64,000 nucleotides of DNA from Callorhinchus milii (taxonomy: Eukaryota), in assembly GCF_018977255.1 (NCBI RefSeq), contig NW_024704742.1:26910001-26974000 (forward strand). The letters are read 5' to 3'. Positions 62,575 through 64,000 of the stretch are shown in pieces. The translations under genes and the position numbers were made by a program. The first letter of the stretch is position 1; every line of letters begins with the position of its first letter. The notes beneath the pieces were generated by a model. The model was not told the DNA's origin and searched no databases. It saw nothing but the letters and a program-made list of their open reading frames with translations.

Positions 62575-62910
62575 TGTCCTGAAGGCATTGACTCATTTTG
62601 ACGGATGGCTCCACATTGGCTGTCTGGTACCTTGCTTGAGTGACCATTCTTCCTACTTAGGTGTGAGTGTGTGGGGTGTGGGGGGTAGCACGGACAAATT
62701 CAACTTTTTTCTTACCCATTACACATACATACACACACACACATGTACAAGTACATTCCAACAGGTTGATATTGGTCAGGACGAGGAGCCTGGATGATTT
62801 TTCCCCCTCTCTCGTTCAGTGCGGCTGTTGTTAATTGTTGTTATTGCCCTGGTTGAGATCAGCATAAACCAAAGGTTGAAACTGAAAACTTTCTCACCTG
62901 TAATGGCTTA
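62575..62910 (-). repeat. Ancient unclassified SINE-like repeat (related pieces near 5740-5880, 11070-11250, 37770-37900, 41180-41340, 51915-52040)
   Basis: Recurring motifs ctcctgaaggcantgactca and ggaaaatcagc...ttcctgct; highly diverged. Confidence 0.4.
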
Positions 62911-64000
62911 GTATATATAATAATAATAATAGTAATAATAATCCTTGCAGTTGATATAGCGCCTTATCAAGTCGTCGAGATATCTCAAAGTACTTCACAG
63001 GATTTGCACTGCAGCCAATTTGCCACAAAACAGTTTCACAGTTTCAAACTCTTTCCTCTTTAACAAAGTAACTTCAGGATCAGCACAACACTACAAACAT
63101 TGACAAAAAGAAAATGATAACAATGGCTATTCATCAAGCATATTACCTATGTTTTACTGCAATGTGAGTGCAATGAATTAGTGACAAAACACAATTAATG
63201 TAACCAGGGAATAGGCAAACACACAAGAGCATGTTCTAGGCAGCACACAAAGTAATCAAATCTGTGGGGTGTTTCAACTTTTGTTTATTAAATATTCACC
63301 CATAATACAAAACAAATGATACAAAGAATATGTACAATCTTCGTACATACAATAAACTCCAGGAAATGAATACCATTATTTTATACAATTATCAGTATAT
63401 CGGTAAATAATTTATTTAACTAAAAAAAGTAAATTTCGTTTCCAGTAATGAGATGGGATTTAATACAAGTAATGACGCAGTTGTCACATGCCAACCATTA
63501 TAGTGAGTGATCTCTGACTGTATTACTGGGTAGAACGGGATTTTCTATACAGTCATAAGCAAATATTGTTATTTTTAACAGTCATCATGTATGTGTGGAA
63601 CTTTCTGTCTGATTTGAATACTCATAAGCATAGTTATGGTTTTCACATGTCAGACATCCGGCTGATTCAACAAAAGAACACTCCACATTATGCCAAGGAA
63701 TGAACAGATGTGTACACCCCTGAAGACATCCCTTCCCTTTAGATGAATGAGAAAAGACTCATCATTATCAAAGTGGTTTGGCAATGTTGTCATCTCGTGT
63801 GCGATCACCACCATTTTAGAGAAAGGAGAATACCATCCAAACCCAATGTTGGAGCTAGATTTTACATTCAGCAAAACAACTGTAAAAGTGTGCAATTTGG
63901 GTCATTTTACATTTGGAGTTCCTGTGCAATCACGTTGAGGTCACGTCTTTAAAAGTAGTCAGGCCAAGCCCTGCGAAGAACATTAGAAGAGCAGAACACT

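Overview
Vertebrate genomic DNA, repeat-rich and intron-containing. The repeat complement (Deu-domain tRNA-SINEs, L2, CR1, Penelope) suggests a cartilaginous fish, possibly a chimaera; that is inference only. Two spliced + strand genes can be assembled by hand. (1) The last 11 coding exons of TBC1D14 (Rab-GAP TBC domain, 412 aa in window, stop at 19790), followed by a ~3.5 kb 3' UTR. (2) A complete 10-coding-exon gene at 34273-48352 that the ORF track shows only in fragments. It encodes a 407-aa protein with an N-terminal hydrophobic anchor and HxEQxG / RDHSxG / RDW / GxGxSE motifs. I do not recognise it as any human gene; from memory it resembles AttH/tocopherol-cyclase-like beta-barrel proteins and the N-terminal domain of invertebrate PEP-synthase-like proteins. 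This is the main discovery candidate. The rest is mobile DNA: three generations of tRNA-SINEs sharing a 3' tail with an L2 LINE, CR1 LINEs, Penelope pieces with hammerhead-ribozyme-like cores in inverted arrangement, pogo/Tigger-like MITEs, and candidate solo-LTR and Helitron ends. Two SINE 5' junctions carry templated copies of nearby DNA. Nearly all ORFs in the supplied track are repeat-derived or spurious. Repeat boundaries are approximate and family names are from recall, not database searches.
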